Below, piece by piece: positions 42,389 through 56,574 of a DNA stretch of 64,000 nucleotides. The stretch is from assembly GCF_009914755.1 (NCBI RefSeq), contig NC_060948.1, one strand, 5' to 3'. The notes below the pieces were generated by a model. It was given only the letters and a program-made list of their open reading frames with translations. It searched no databases and was not told where the DNA came from. The DNA comes from the human T2T-CHM13v2.0 reference genome, Homo sapiens. The translations under genes and the position numbers were made by a program. Positions within the stretch are counted from its first letter, which is position 1, and each line of letters opens with the position of its first letter.

Positions 42389-45300
42389 ATTGGATGGGAT
42401 TGGAATGAAATGTACTGAAAAGGACTCGAATTTCATGAAACGGAATGGAATGAATTGGAACGGAATGGACTCGAATGGAATGGAATGTCATGGAATGGCA
42501 TCAAATGGAATGGCATCAAATGGAATGGAATCGAATGCAATGGAATGCTATGGAATGGAATGGAATGCATTGGAATGGAATGTCCTCTAATGGAATGGAT
42601 TCGAGTGGAATGGAATCGAATATAATGGAGTCGAATGAAATGGAATTGAAAGGAATGGGATCGAATACAATGGAATATACTGGAATGTAATGTAATGAAC
42701 TCGAATGTAATTGACTGGAATGGAATGTACATGAATGGAATGTAATCGAATGGAAAGTAATCCAATGGAATAGAATCTAATGCAATAAAATCGACTCAGA
42801 TAGAGTAGAATGTAATGGAATGGAGTGCAGTGCAATGGAATGGAATGGAATGGAATGCAATGGAATGGAATGGAATGGAATGGAATGGAATGGAATGGGA
42901 TGGAATGGTATGGAATGGATAGTAATGGACTGGAGTGAAATGGACTGGAAAGGAATGAACTCAAATTGAAAGGGCTCGAAAGGAATGGAGTCAAATTGAA
43001 TGGTCTGGAATGGAATGAACACGAATGTAATGCAATCCAATAGAATGGAATCGAATGGCATGGAATATAAAGAAATGGAATCGAAGAGAATGGAAACAAA
43101 TGGAATGGAATTGAATGGAATGGAATTGAATGGAATGGGAACGAATGGAGTGAAATTGTATGCAGTAGAAGAGAATAGAATGGAATGCAAGCGAAAGGAA
43201 AGGAATGGATTGGAATGGAATGGAATTCATTGGAATGGAAGGGAATGTAGTGTAATGGACAGGCCTGGAATAAAGTGGAATGCTACGGTCTCGAATGGAA
43301 TAAAAATGTATGGAATGGAATGCAATGAAACGGAATCGAATGTCATAGAATGTAATGGAATGCAAAAAAATGGACTCCTAAATCATTGACTGGAAAGGCT
43401 GGGTGTCGAAAGGAATTGACTCCAATGGAATGGAATCGAATGGAATGGAAGTGAATAGAATCGAACTAAATCGCATGGAATGGAATTGATACTAACGGAA
43501 TGGAAAGGAATGCAATGATTTGGCATGGAATGGAATCGAATGGCATCGAATGGAATGGAAGGGAATGCAATGGAATGGAATGTATTAGAATGTAATGAAC
43601 TTTAATGGAATGTACTCGAATGGATTCGACTGGAATGGAATGTTCTGGAAGTGAATGGACTCCAATGGAATGGATTGAAAAGGAATGGAATCGTACGGAA
43701 TGGAATCTAATGGAATGGAATTAAATGGAAATGAATGAAATTGAATAGCACGGAATTGAATTGAATGGAATCGAATGCAATGGAATCTAATGAAACGGAA
43801 AGGAAAGGAATGGAATGGAATGGAATGGGCTGGAATGGAAAGGAATCGAAACGAGTGGAATGGAATCGAACTGAAGAGACTGGAATGGAATGCACTGGAA
43901 TGGAAGGGAGTGTAATGGAAGGTTCTCGACAAAAATGGAATCGAATGGAATGGAATTGAATGGAACGGAATAGAGTCGAATGGAATTGAATGGAATGGAA
44001 TGGACTAGAGTGAAATGGAATCGAACCACAAGGAATGGACAGGAATAGAATGGTCTCGAATTGAATGGAATCGTATGGAATGGCATCAAACGGAATGGAA
44101 TGGACAGCCACGGAATGGAATGCACTCGAATGCAATGGAGTCGAAACTAATGGACTGGAATAGAATGGACTCGACTGGTACGGACTCCAATGGAATGGAA
44201 TCGAATGGAAGGGAATCGAACGGAATGGACTCGAAGGGAAAAGACTGCAATGGAAAGGTCTCGAATGGAATGGAAATTAATGGAATGGAATGGAATCGAA
44301 TGAAATGGAGTCAAAAGGAATGGAATCGAATGGCAAGAAATCGAATGTAATGGAATCGCAAGGAATTGATGTGAACGGAACGGAATGGAATGGAATCCAA
44401 AGGAATGGAATAGAATGGAATGGAATCGAATGGAAAGGACTCGAATGGAAATCACTCGAATAGAATGCAATTTAATAAAATAGGATGAAATGTAATGGAA
44501 TGGAATGGAAAGGAATCGAAACGAAAGGAATGGAGACAGATGGAATGGAATGGAACAGAGAGCAATGGTATAGAATGGAATGGAATCATCTGGAATGGAA
44601 TTGAATGGAATGGAATAATATGAAATGGAATGGAATGGAATGGAATGCCCTTGAATTAAATGGACTGGAATGGAATGGACTCGAACAGAGTGGAATGGAA
44701 AGTCTTGAGATAGAATGGAATGGACTCCTTTGGAATGGTCTAGTATGCAATGCAATGGACTGGCAGGGAATCAAAAGGAATGTAATCGAATGGATTGGAC
44801 TGGAATGCAATGGACTCAAATAGATTGGAAACGGAATGCAAAGGAATGGAATGGAATAGTATGGAATGGAATGGAAAGGAATGGAGTGGAATAGACTAGA
44901 GTGGAATGGAATGGACTCGAAAGCAATGGACTGGAATGGAACTTTCTTGAATGGACTGGAATCAAACGGAATGGAATGCAATGCAATCAAATGGCATGGA
45001 ATAAAACAGAATGAAAGAGAATCAAATGGAATTGAATCAAATGGAATCGAATGGATTGGAAAGGAATAGAGTGGAATGGAATGGAATTGACTCAAATGGA
45101 ATGGACTAGAATGGAATGGATTCGAATGGAAGGCAAAGGAATGGAATCTATTGGAATGGACAGCAATGGAATGGAAAGGAAGGGATTGGAATGGACTCGA
45201 ATGGAATGGACTGCAATAGAAAGGATTCGAATGGAATGAAAAAGAATTGAATGGAATAGAACAGAATGGAATCAAATCGAATGAAATGGAATGGAATAGA

Positions 45301-48300
45301 AAGGAATGGAATGAAATGGAATGGAAAGGATTCGAATGGAATGCAATCGAATGGAATGCAATCGAACGGAATGGAATAAAATGGAAGAAAACTGGCAAGA
45401 AATGGAATCGAAATGAATGGAGTGTTATGGAACGGACTCCAAAGGAATTGAATGTAATAGAATGGAGTGGAGTGGACTCGAATATAATGGACTGGAATGG
45501 AATGAAATCACATGGAATGGGAACGAATGGAATGGAATGGAAAGGAATGGAATCGAATGGAAAGGAATCGAATGGAAGGGAATGAAATTGAATCAACAGG
45601 AATGGAAGGGAATAGAATAGACGGTAATGGAATGGACTCGAATAGAATGGACACGAATGCTCAAATTGAATGGACTCGAATGGAATGGAAACGAAAGGAA
45701 TGTCATCGAATGGAGTTGAATCGATTGGAATGAAATCGCATAGAATGGAGTGGAATCAAATGGAATTGAATCGAAAGGAAAGGAAGCGAATGGACTGAAA
45801 TGAAATGGAATGGAATTGAATGGAAAGTAATGCAATGGAATAGAATGGAACGAAATTTCACGGAATGGAATCAAACTGAATGGAATCAAATCAATGGAAT
45901 ATAATCAAATGGAATGGAAAGGAGTTGAATGGAGTAGATGGGATTGGATGGGATTGGAATGAAATGTACTGAAAAGGACTCGAATTTCATGAAACGGAAT
46001 GGAATGAATTGGAACGGAATGGACTCGAATGGAATGGAATGTCATGGAATGGCATCAAATGGAATGGCATCAAATGGAATGGAATCGAATGCAATGGAAT
46101 GCTATGGAATGGAATGGAATGCATTGGAATGGAATGTCCTCTAATGGAATGGATTCGAGTGGAATGGAATCGAATATAATGGAGTCGAATGAAATGGAAT
46201 TGAAAGGAATGGGATCGAATACAATGGAATATACTGGAATGTAATGTAATGAACTCGAATGTAATTGACTGGAATGGAATGTACATGAATGGAATGTAAT
46301 CGAATGGAAAGTAATCCAATGGAATAGAATCTAATGCAATAAAATCGACTCAGATAGAGTGGAATGTAATGGAATGGAGTGCAGTGCAATGGAATGGAAT
46401 GGAATGGAATGCAATGGAATGGAATGGAATGGAATGGAATGGAATGGAATGGGATGGAATGGTATGGAATGGATAGTAATGGACTGGAGTGAAATGGACT
46501 GGAAAGGAATGAACTCAAATTGAAAGGGCTCGAAAGGAATGGAGTCAAATTGAATGGTCTGGAATGGAATGAACACGAATGTAATGCAATCCAATAGAAT
46601 GGAATCGAATGGCATGGAATATAAAGAAATGGAATCGAAGAGAATGGAAACAAATGGAATGGAATTGAATGGAATGGAATTGAATGGAATGGGAACGAAT
46701 GGAGTGAAATTGTATGCAGTAGAAGAGAATAGAATGGAATGCAAGCGAAAGGAAAGGAATGGATTGGAATGGAATGGAATTCATTGGAATGGAAGGGAAT
46801 GTAGTGTAATGGACAGGCCTGGAATAAAGTGGAATGCTACGGTCTCGAATGGAATAAAAATGTATGGAATGGAATGCAATGAAACGGAATCGAATGTCAT
46901 AGAATGTAATGGAATGCAAAAAAATGGACTCCTAAATCATTGACTGGAAAGGCTGGGTGTCGAAAGGAATTGACTCCAATGGAATGGAATCGAATGGAAT
47001 GGAAGTGAATAGAATCGAACTAAATCGCATGGAATGGAATTGATACTAACGGAATGGAAAGGAATGCAATGATTTGGCATGGAATGGAATCGAATGGCAT
47101 CGAATGGAATGGAAGGGAATGCAATGGAATGGAATGTATTAGAATGTAATGAACTTTAATGGAATGTACTCGAATGGATTCGACTGGAATGGAATGTTCT
47201 GGAAGTGAATGGACTCCAATGGAATGGATTGAAAAGGAATGGAATCGTACGGAATGGAATCTAATGGAATGGAATTAAATGGAAATGAATGAAATTGAAT
47301 AGCACGGAATTGAATTGAATGGAATCGAATGCAATGGAATCTAATGAAACGGAAAGGAAAGGAATGGAATGGAATGGAATGGGCTGGAATGGAAAGGAAT
47401 CGAAACGAGTGGAATGGAATCGAACTGAAGAGACTGGAATGGAATGCACTGGAATGGAAGGGAGTGTAATGGAAGGTTCTCGACAAAAATGGAATCGAAT
47501 GGAATGGAATTGAATGGAACGGAATAGAGTCGAATGGAATTGAATGGAATGGAATGGACTAGAGTGAAATGGAATCGAACCACAAGGAATGGACAGGAAT
47601 AGAATGGTCTCGAATTGAATGGAATCGTATGGAATGGCATCAAACGGAATGGAATGGACAGCCACGGAATGGAATGCACTCGAATGCAATGGAGTCGAAA
47701 CTAATGGACTGGAATAGAATGGACTCGACTGGTACGGACTCCAATGGAATGGAATCGAATGGAAGGGAATCGAACGGAATGGACTCGAAGGGAAAAGACT
47801 GCAATGGAAAGGTCTCGAATGGAATGGAAATTAATGGAATGGAATGGAATCGAATGAAATGGAGTCAAAAGGAATGGAATCGAATGGCAAGAAATCGAAT
47901 GTAATGGAATCGCAAGGAATTGATGTGAACGGAACGGAATGGAATGGAATCCAAAGGAATGGAATAGAATGGAATGGAATCGAATGGAAAGGACTCGAAT
48001 GGAAATCACTCGAATAGAATGCAATTTAATAAAATAGGATGAAATGTAATGGAATGGAATGGAAAGGAATCGAAACGAAAGGAATGGAGACAGATGGAAT
48101 GGAATGGAACAGAGAGCAATGGTATAGAATGGAATGGAATCATCTGGAATGGAATTGAATGGAATGGAATAATATGAAATGGAATGGAATGGAATGGAAT
48201 GCCCTTGAATTAAATGGACTGGAATGGAATGGACTCGAACAGAGTGGAATGGAAAGTCTTGAGATAGAATGGAATGGACTCCTTTGGAATGGTCTAGTAT
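41150..48300. repeat. One-unit tandem duplication, period 3554 bp
   Basis: Shared variants: ACTGAAAAGG at 42414/45968, CAAATTGAATGGTC at 42992/46546, AGTCTTGAG at 44701/48255. Confidence 0.8.
42389..45942. repeat. DYZ1 unit 13 (3554 bp)
   Basis: Homologous ORF 42433 to 45987. Confidence 0.93.
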
Positions 48301-49496
48301 GCAATGTAATCGACTGGCAGGGAATCAAAAGGAATGTAATCGAATGGATTGGACTGGAATGCAATGGACTCGAATAGATTGGAAACGGAATGCAAAGGAA
48401 TGGAATGGAATAGTATGGAATGGAATGGAAAGGAATGGAGTGGAATAGACTAGAGTGGAATGGAATGGACTCGAAAGCAATGGACTGGAATGGAACTTTC
48501 TTGAATGGACTGGAATCAAACGGAATGGAATGCAATGCAATCAAATGGCATGGAATAAAATAGAATGAAAGAGAATCAAATGGAATTGAATCGAATGGAA
48601 TCGAATGGATTGGAAAGGAATAGAATGGAATGGAATGGAATTGACTCAAATGGAATGGACTAGAATGGAATGGATTCGAAAGGAAGGCAAAGGAATGGAA
48701 TCTATTGGAATGGACTGCAATGGAATGGAAAGGAAGGGATTGGAATGGACTCGAATGGAATGGACTGCAATAGAAAGGATTCGAATGGAATGAAAAAGAA
48801 TTGAATGGAATAGAACAGAATGGAATCAAATCGAATGAAATGGAATGGAATAGAAAGGAATCGAATGAAATGGAATGGAAAGGATTCGAATGGAATGCAA
48901 TCGAATGGAATGCAATCGAACGGAATGGAATAAAATAGAAGAAAACTGGCAACAAATGGAATCGAAATGAATGGAGTGTTATGGAACGGACTCCAAAGGT
49001 ATTGAATGTAATAGAATGGAGTGGAGTGGACTCGAATATAATGGACTGGAATGGAATGAAATCACATGGAATGGGAACGAATGGAATTTAATGGAAAGGA
49101 ATGGAATCGAATGGAAAGGAATCGAATGGAAGGGAATGAAATTGAATCAACAGGAATGGAAGGGAATAGAATAGACGGTAATGGAATGGACTCGAATAGA
49201 ATGGACACGAATGCTCAAATTGAATGGACTCGAATGGAATGGAAACGAAAGGAATGTCATCGAATGGAGTTGAATCGATTGGAATGAAATCGCATAGAAT
49301 GCAGTGGAATCAAATGGAATTGAATCGAAAGGAAAGGAAGCGAATGGACTGAAATGAAATGGAATGGAATTGAATGGAAAGTAATGCAATGGAATAGAAT
49401 GGAACGAAATTTCACGGAATGGAATCAAACTGAATGGAATCAAATCAATGGAATATAATCAAATGGAATGGAAAGGAATTGAATGGAGTAGATGGG
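45943..49496. repeat. DYZ1 unit 14 (3554 bp)
   Basis: Homologous ORF 45987 to 49541. Confidence 0.93.
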
Positions 49497-52400
49497 ATTG
49501 GATGGGATTGGAATGAAATGTACTGGAAAGGACTCGAATTTCATGAAACGGAATGGAATGAATTGGAACGGAATGGACTCGAATGGAATGGAATGTCATG
49601 GAATGGCATCAAATGGAATGGCATCAAATGGAATGGAATCGAATGCAATGGAATGCTATGGAACGGAATGGAATGCATTGGAATGGAATGTCCTCTAATG
49701 GAATGGATTCGAGTGGAATGGAATCGAATATAATGGAGTCGAATGAAATGGAATTGAAAGGAATGGGATCGAATACAATGGAATATACTGGAATGTAATG
49801 TAATGAAGTCGAATGTAATTGACTGGAATGGAATGTACATGAATGGAATGTAATCGAATGGAAAGTAATCCAATGGAATAGAATCTCATGCAATAAAATC
49901 GACTCAGATAGAGTAGAATGTAATGGAATGGAGTGCAGTGCAATGGAATGGAATGGAATGGAATGCAATGGAATGGAATGGAATGGAATGGAATGGGATG
50001 GAATGGTATGGAATGGATAGTAATGGACTGGAGTGAAATGGACTGGAAAGGAATGGACTCAAATTGAAAGGGCTCGAAAGGAATGGAGTCAAATGGAATG
50101 GTCTGGAATGGAATGAACACGAATGTAATGCAATCCAATAGAATGGAATCGAATGGCATGGAATATAAAGAAATGGAATCGAAGAGAATGGAAACAAATG
50201 GAATGGAATTGAATGGAATGGAATTGAATGGAATGGGAACGAATGGAGTGAAATTGTATGCAGTAGAAGAGAATAGAATGGAATGCAAGCGAAAGGAAAG
50301 GAATGGATTGGAATGGAATGGAATTCATTGGAATGGAAGGGAATGTAGTGTAATGGACAGGCCTGGAATAAAGTGGAATGCTACGGTCTCGAATGGAATA
50401 AAAATGTATGGAATGGAATGCAATGAAACGGAATCGAATGTCATAGAATGTAATGGAATGCAAAAAAATGGACTCCTAAATCATTGACTGGAAAGGCTGG
50501 GTGTCGAAAGGAATTGACTCCAATGGAATGGAATCGAATGGAATGGAAGTGAATAGAATCGAACTAAATCGCATGGAATGGAATTGATAGGAACGGAATG
50601 GAAAGGAATGCAATGATTTGGCATGGAATGGAATCGAATGTCATCGAATGGAATGGAATGGAATGCAATGGAATGGAATGTATTAGAATGTAATGAACTT
50701 TAATGGAATGTACTCGAATGGATTCGACTGGAATGGAATGTTCTGGAAGTGAATGGACTCCAATGGAATGGATTGAAAAGGAATGGAATCGTACGGAATG
50801 GAATCTAATGGAATGGAATTAAATGGAAATGAATCAAATTGAATGGCACGGAATTGAATTGAATGGAATCGAATGCGATGGAATCTAATGAAACGGAAAG
50901 GAAAGGAATGGAATGGAATGGAATGGGCTGGAATAGAAAGGAATCGAAACGAATGGAATGGAATCGAACTGAAGAGACTGGAATGGAATGCACTGGAATG
51001 GAAGGGAGTGTAATGGAATGTTCTCAAAAAAAATGGAATCGAATGGAATGGAATTGAATGGAACGGAATAGAGTCGAATGGAATTGAATGGAATGGAATG
51101 GACTAGAGTGAAATGGAATCGAACCACAAGGAATGGACAGGAAGAGAATGGTCTCGAATTGAATGGAATCGTATGGAATGGCATCAAACGGAATGGAATG
51201 GACAGCCACGGAATGGAATGCACTCGAATGCAATGGAGTCGAAACTAATGGACTGGAATAGAATGGACTCGACTGGTACGGACTCCAATGGAATGGAATC
51301 GAATGGAAGGGAATCGAACGGAATGGACTCGAAGGGAAAAGACTGCAATGGAAAGGTCTCGAATGGAATGGAAATTAATGGAATGGAATGGAATCGAATG
51401 AAATGGAGTCAAAAGGAATGGAATCGAATGGCAAGAAATCGAATGTAATGGAATCGCAAGGAATTGATGTGAACGGAACGGAATGGAATGGAATCCAAAG
51501 AAATGGAATAGAATGGAATGGAATCGAATGGAAAGGACTCGAATGGAAATCACTCGAATAGAATGCAATTTAATAAAATAGGATGAAATGTAATGGAATG
51601 GAATGGAAAGGAATCGAAACGAAAGGAATGGAGACAGATGGAATGGAATGGAACAGAGAGCAATGGTATAGAATGGAATGGAATCATCTGTAATGGAATT
51701 GAATGGAATGGAATAATATGAAATGGAATGGAGTGGAATGGAATGCCCTTGAATTAAATGGACTGGAATGGAATGGACTCGAACAGAGTGGAATGGAAAG
51801 TGTTGAGATAGAATGGAATGGACTCCTTTGGAATGGTCTTGTATGCAATGCAATGGACTGGCAGGGAATCAAAAGGAATGTAATCGAATGGATTGGACTG
51901 GAATGCAATGGACTCGAATAGATTGGAAACGGAATGCAAAGGAATGGAATGGAATAGTATGGAATGGAATGGAAAGGAATGGAGTGGAATAGACTAGAGT
52001 GGAATGGAATGGACTCGAAAGCAATGGACTGGAATGGAACTTTCTTGAATGGACTGGAATCAAACGGAATGGAATGCAATGCAATCAAATGGCATGGAAT
52101 AAAACAGAATGAAAGAGAATCAAATGGAATTGAATCGAATGGAATCGAATGGATTGGAAAGGAATAGAGTGGAATGGAATGGAATTGACTCAAATGGAAT
52201 GGACTAGAATGGAATGGATTCGAATGGAAGGCAAAGGAATGGAATCTATTGGAATGGACAGCAATGGAATGGAAAGGAAGGGATTGGAATGGACTCGAAT
52301 GGAATGGACTGCAATAGAAAAGATTCGAATGGAATGAAAAAGAATTGAATGGAATAGAACAGAATGGAATCAAATCGAATGAAATGGAATGGAATAGAAA

Positions 52401-53040
52401 GGAATGGAATGAAATGGAATGGAAAGTATTCGAATGGAATGCAATCGAATGGAATGGAATCGAACGGAATGGAATAAAATGGAAGAAAACTGGCAAGAAA
52501 TGGAATCGAAATGAATGGAGTGTTATGGAACGGACTCAAAAGGAATTGAATGTAATAGAATGGAGTGGAGTGGACTCGAATATAATGGACTGGAATGGAA
52601 TGAAATCACATGGAATGGGAACGAATGGAATGGAATGGAAAGGAATGGAATCGAATGGAAAGGAATCGAATGGAAGGGAATGAAATTGAATCAACAGGAA
52701 TGGAAGGGAATAGAATAGACGGTAATGGAATGGACTCGAATAGAATGGACACGAATGCTCAAATTGAATGGACTCGAATGGAATGGAAACGAAAGGAATG
52801 TCATCGAATGGAATTGAATCGATTGGAATGAAATCGCATAGAATGGAGTGGAATCAAATGGAATTGAATCGAAAGGAAAGGAAGCGAATGGACTGAAATG
52901 AAATGGAATGGAATTGAATGGAAAGTAATGCAATGGAATAGAATGGAACGAAATTTCACGGAATGGAATCAAACTGAATGGAATCAAATCAATGGAATAT
53001 AATCAAATGGAATGGAAAGGAATTGAATGGAGTAGATGGG
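49497..53040. repeat. DYZ1 unit 15 (3544 bp)
   Basis: Homologous ORF 49541 to 53085; the start landmark is seen again exactly at 53041. Confidence 0.93.
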
Positions 53041-56000
53041 ATTGGATGGGATTGGAATGAAATGTACTGGAAAGGACTCGAATTTCATGAAACGGAATGG
53101 AATGAATTGGAACGGAATGGACTCGAATGGAATGGAATGTCATGGAATGGCATCAAATGGAATGGCATCAAATGGAATGGAATCGAATGCAATGGAATGC
53201 TATGGAATGGAATGGAATGCATTGGAATGGAATGTCCTCTAATGGAATGGATTCGAGTGGAATGGAATCGAATATAATGGAGTCGAATGAAATGGAATTG
53301 AAAGGAATGGGATCGAATACAATGGAATATACTGGAATGTAATGTAATGAAGTCGAATGTAATTGACTGGAATGGAATGTAAATGAATGGAATGTAATCG
53401 AATGGAAAGTAATCCAATGGAATAGAATCTAATGCAATAAAATCGACTCAGATAGAGTAGAATGTAATGGAATGGAGTGCAGTGCAATGGAATGGAATGG
53501 AATGGAATGCAATGGAATGGAATGGCATGGAATGGAATGGAATGGGATGGAATGGTATGGAATGGATAGTAATGGACTGGAGTGAAATGGACTGGAAAGG
53601 AATGAACTCAAATTGAAAGGGCTCGAAAGGAATGGAGTCAAATGGAATGGTCTGGAATGGAATGAACACGAATGTAATGCAATCCAATAGAATGGAATCG
53701 AATGGCATGGAATATAAAGAAATGGAATCGAAGAGAATGGAAACAAATGGAATGGAATTGAATGGAATGGAATTGAATGGAATGGGAACGAATGGAGTGA
53801 AATTGTATGCAGTAGAAGAGAATAGAATGGAATGCAAGCGAAAGGAAAGGAATGGATTGGAATGGAATGGAATTCATTGGAATGGAAGGGAATGTAGTGT
53901 AATGGACAGGCCTGGAATAAAGTGGAATGCTATGGTCTCGAATGGAATAAAAATGTATGGAATGGAATGCAATGAAACGGAATCGAATGTCATAGAATGT
54001 AATGGAATGCAAAAAAATGGACTCCTAAATCATTGACTGGAAAGGCTGGGTGTCGAAAGGAATTGACTCCAATGGAATGGAATCGAATGGAATGGAAGTG
54101 AATAGAATCGAACTAAATCGCATGGAATGGAATTGATAGGAACGGAATGGAAAGGAATGCAATGATTTGGCATGGAATGGAATCGAATGGCATCGAATGG
54201 AATGGAATGGAATGCAATGGAATGGAATGTATTAGAATGTAATGAACTTTAATGGAATGTACTCGAATGGATTCGACTGGAATGGAATGTTCTGGAAGTG
54301 AATGGACTCCAATGGAATGGATTGAAAAGGAATGGAATCGTACGGAATGGAATCTAATGGAATGGAATTAAATGGAAATGAATCAAATTGAATAGCACGG
54401 AATTGAATTGAATGGAATCGAATGCGATGGAATCTAATGAAACGGAAAGGAAAGGAATGGAATGGAATGGAATGGGCTGGAATGGAAAGGAATCGAAACG
54501 AGTGGAATGGAATCGAACTGAAGAGACTGGAATGGAATGCACTGGAATGGAAGGGAGTGTAATGGAAGGTTCTCGAAAAAAATGGAATCGAATGGAATGG
54601 AATTGAATGGAACGGAATAGAGTCGAATGGATTTGAATGGAATGGAATGGACTAGAGTGAAATGGAATCGAACCACAAGGAATGGACAGGAATAGAATGG
54701 TCTCGAATTGAATGGAATCGTATGGAATGGCATCAAACGGAATGGAATGCACTCGAATGCAATGGAGTCGAAACTAATGGACTGGAATAGAATGGACTCG
54801 ACTGGTACGGACTCCAATGGAATGGAATCGAATGGAAGGGAATCGAACGGAATGGACTCGAAGGGAAAAGACTGCAATGGAAAGGTCTCGAATGGAATGG
54901 AAATTAATGGAATGGAATGGAATCGAATGAAATGGAGTCAAAAGGAATGGAATCGAATGGCAAGAAATCGAATGTAATGGAATCGCAAGGAATTGATGTG
55001 AACGGAACGGAATGGAATGGAATCCAAAGGAATGGAATAGAATGGAATGGAATCGAATGGAAAGGACTCGAATGGAAATCACTCGAATAGAATGCAATTT
55101 AATAAAATAGGATGAAATGTAATGGAATGGAATGGAAAGGAATCGAAACGAAAGGAATGGAGACAGATGGAATGGAATGGAACAGAGAGCAATGGTATAG
55201 AATGGAATGGAATCATCTGGAATGGAATTGAATGGAATGGAATAATATGAAATGGAATGGAATGGAATGGAATGGAATGCCCTTGAATTAAATGGACTGG
55301 AATGGAATGGACTCGAACAGAGTGGAATGGAAAGTGTTGAGATAGAATGGAATGGACTCCTTTGGAATGGTCTAGTATGCAATGCAATGGACTGGCAGGG
55401 AATCAAAAGGAATGTAATCGAATGGATTGGACTGGAATGCAATGGAATCGAATAGATTGGAAACGGAATGCAAAGGAATGGAATGGAATAGTATGGAATG
55501 GAATGGAAAGGAATGGAGTGGAATAGACTAGAGTGGAATGGAATGGACTCGAAAGCAATGGACTGGAATGGAACTTTCTTGAATGGACTGGAATCAAACG
55601 GAATGGAATGCAATGCAATCAAATGGCATGGAATAAAACTGAATGAAAGAGAATCAAATGGAATTGAATCGAATGGAATCGAATGGATTGGAAAGGAATA
55701 GAGTGGAATGGAATGGAATTGACTCAAATGGAATGGACTAGAATGGAATGGATTCGAATGGAAGGCAAAGGAATGGAATCTATTGGAATGGACTGCAATG
55801 GAATGGAAAGGAAGGGATTGGAATGGACTCGAATGGAATGGACTGCAATAGAAAGGATTCGAATGGAATGAAAAAGAATTGAATGGAATAGAACAGAATG
55901 GAATCAAATCGAATGAAATGGAATGGAATAGAAAGGAATGGAATGAAATGGAATGGAAAGGATTCGAATGGAATGCAATCGAATGGAATGGAATCGAACG

Positions 56001-56574
56001 GAATGGAATAAAATGGAAGAAAACTGGCAAGAAATGGAATCGAAATGAATGGAGTGTTATGGAACGGACTCAAAAGGAATTGAATGTAATAGAATGGAGT
56101 GGAGTGGACTCGAATATAATGGACTGGAATGGAATGAAATCACATGGAATGGGAACGAATGGAATGGAATGGAAAGGAATGGAATCGAATGGAAAGGAAT
56201 CGAATGGAAGGGAATGAAATTGAATCAACAGGAATGGAAGGGAATAGAATAGACGGTAATGGAATGGACTCGAATAGAATGGACACGAATGCTCAAATTG
56301 AATGGACTCGAATGGAATGGAAACGAAAGGAATGTCATCGAATGGAATTGAATCGATTGGAATGAAATCGCATAGAATGGAGTGGAATCAAATGGAATTG
56401 AATCGAAAGGAAAGGAAGCGAATGGACTGAAATGAAATGGAATGGAATTGAATGGAAAGTAATGCAATGGAATAGAATGGAACGAAATTTCACGGAATGG
56501 AATCAAACTGAATGGAATCAAATCAATGGAATATAATCAAATGGAATGGAAAGGAATTGAATGGAGTAGATGGG
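53041..56574. repeat. DYZ1 unit 16 (3534 bp)
   Basis: Homologous ORF 53085 to 56619; 20-bp deletion near 54740. Confidence 0.93.

Noticed and set aside
54774-56030. Longest ORF (418 aa, minus strand) and the recurring 336-aa minus-strand ORFs as genes
   Set aside because: (ATTCC)n has no stop codon in any frame and reads as IPFHS repeats. The ORFs overlap in all frames, many begin at non-ATG codons, they show no domain, and they fuse or split with 5-bp indels.
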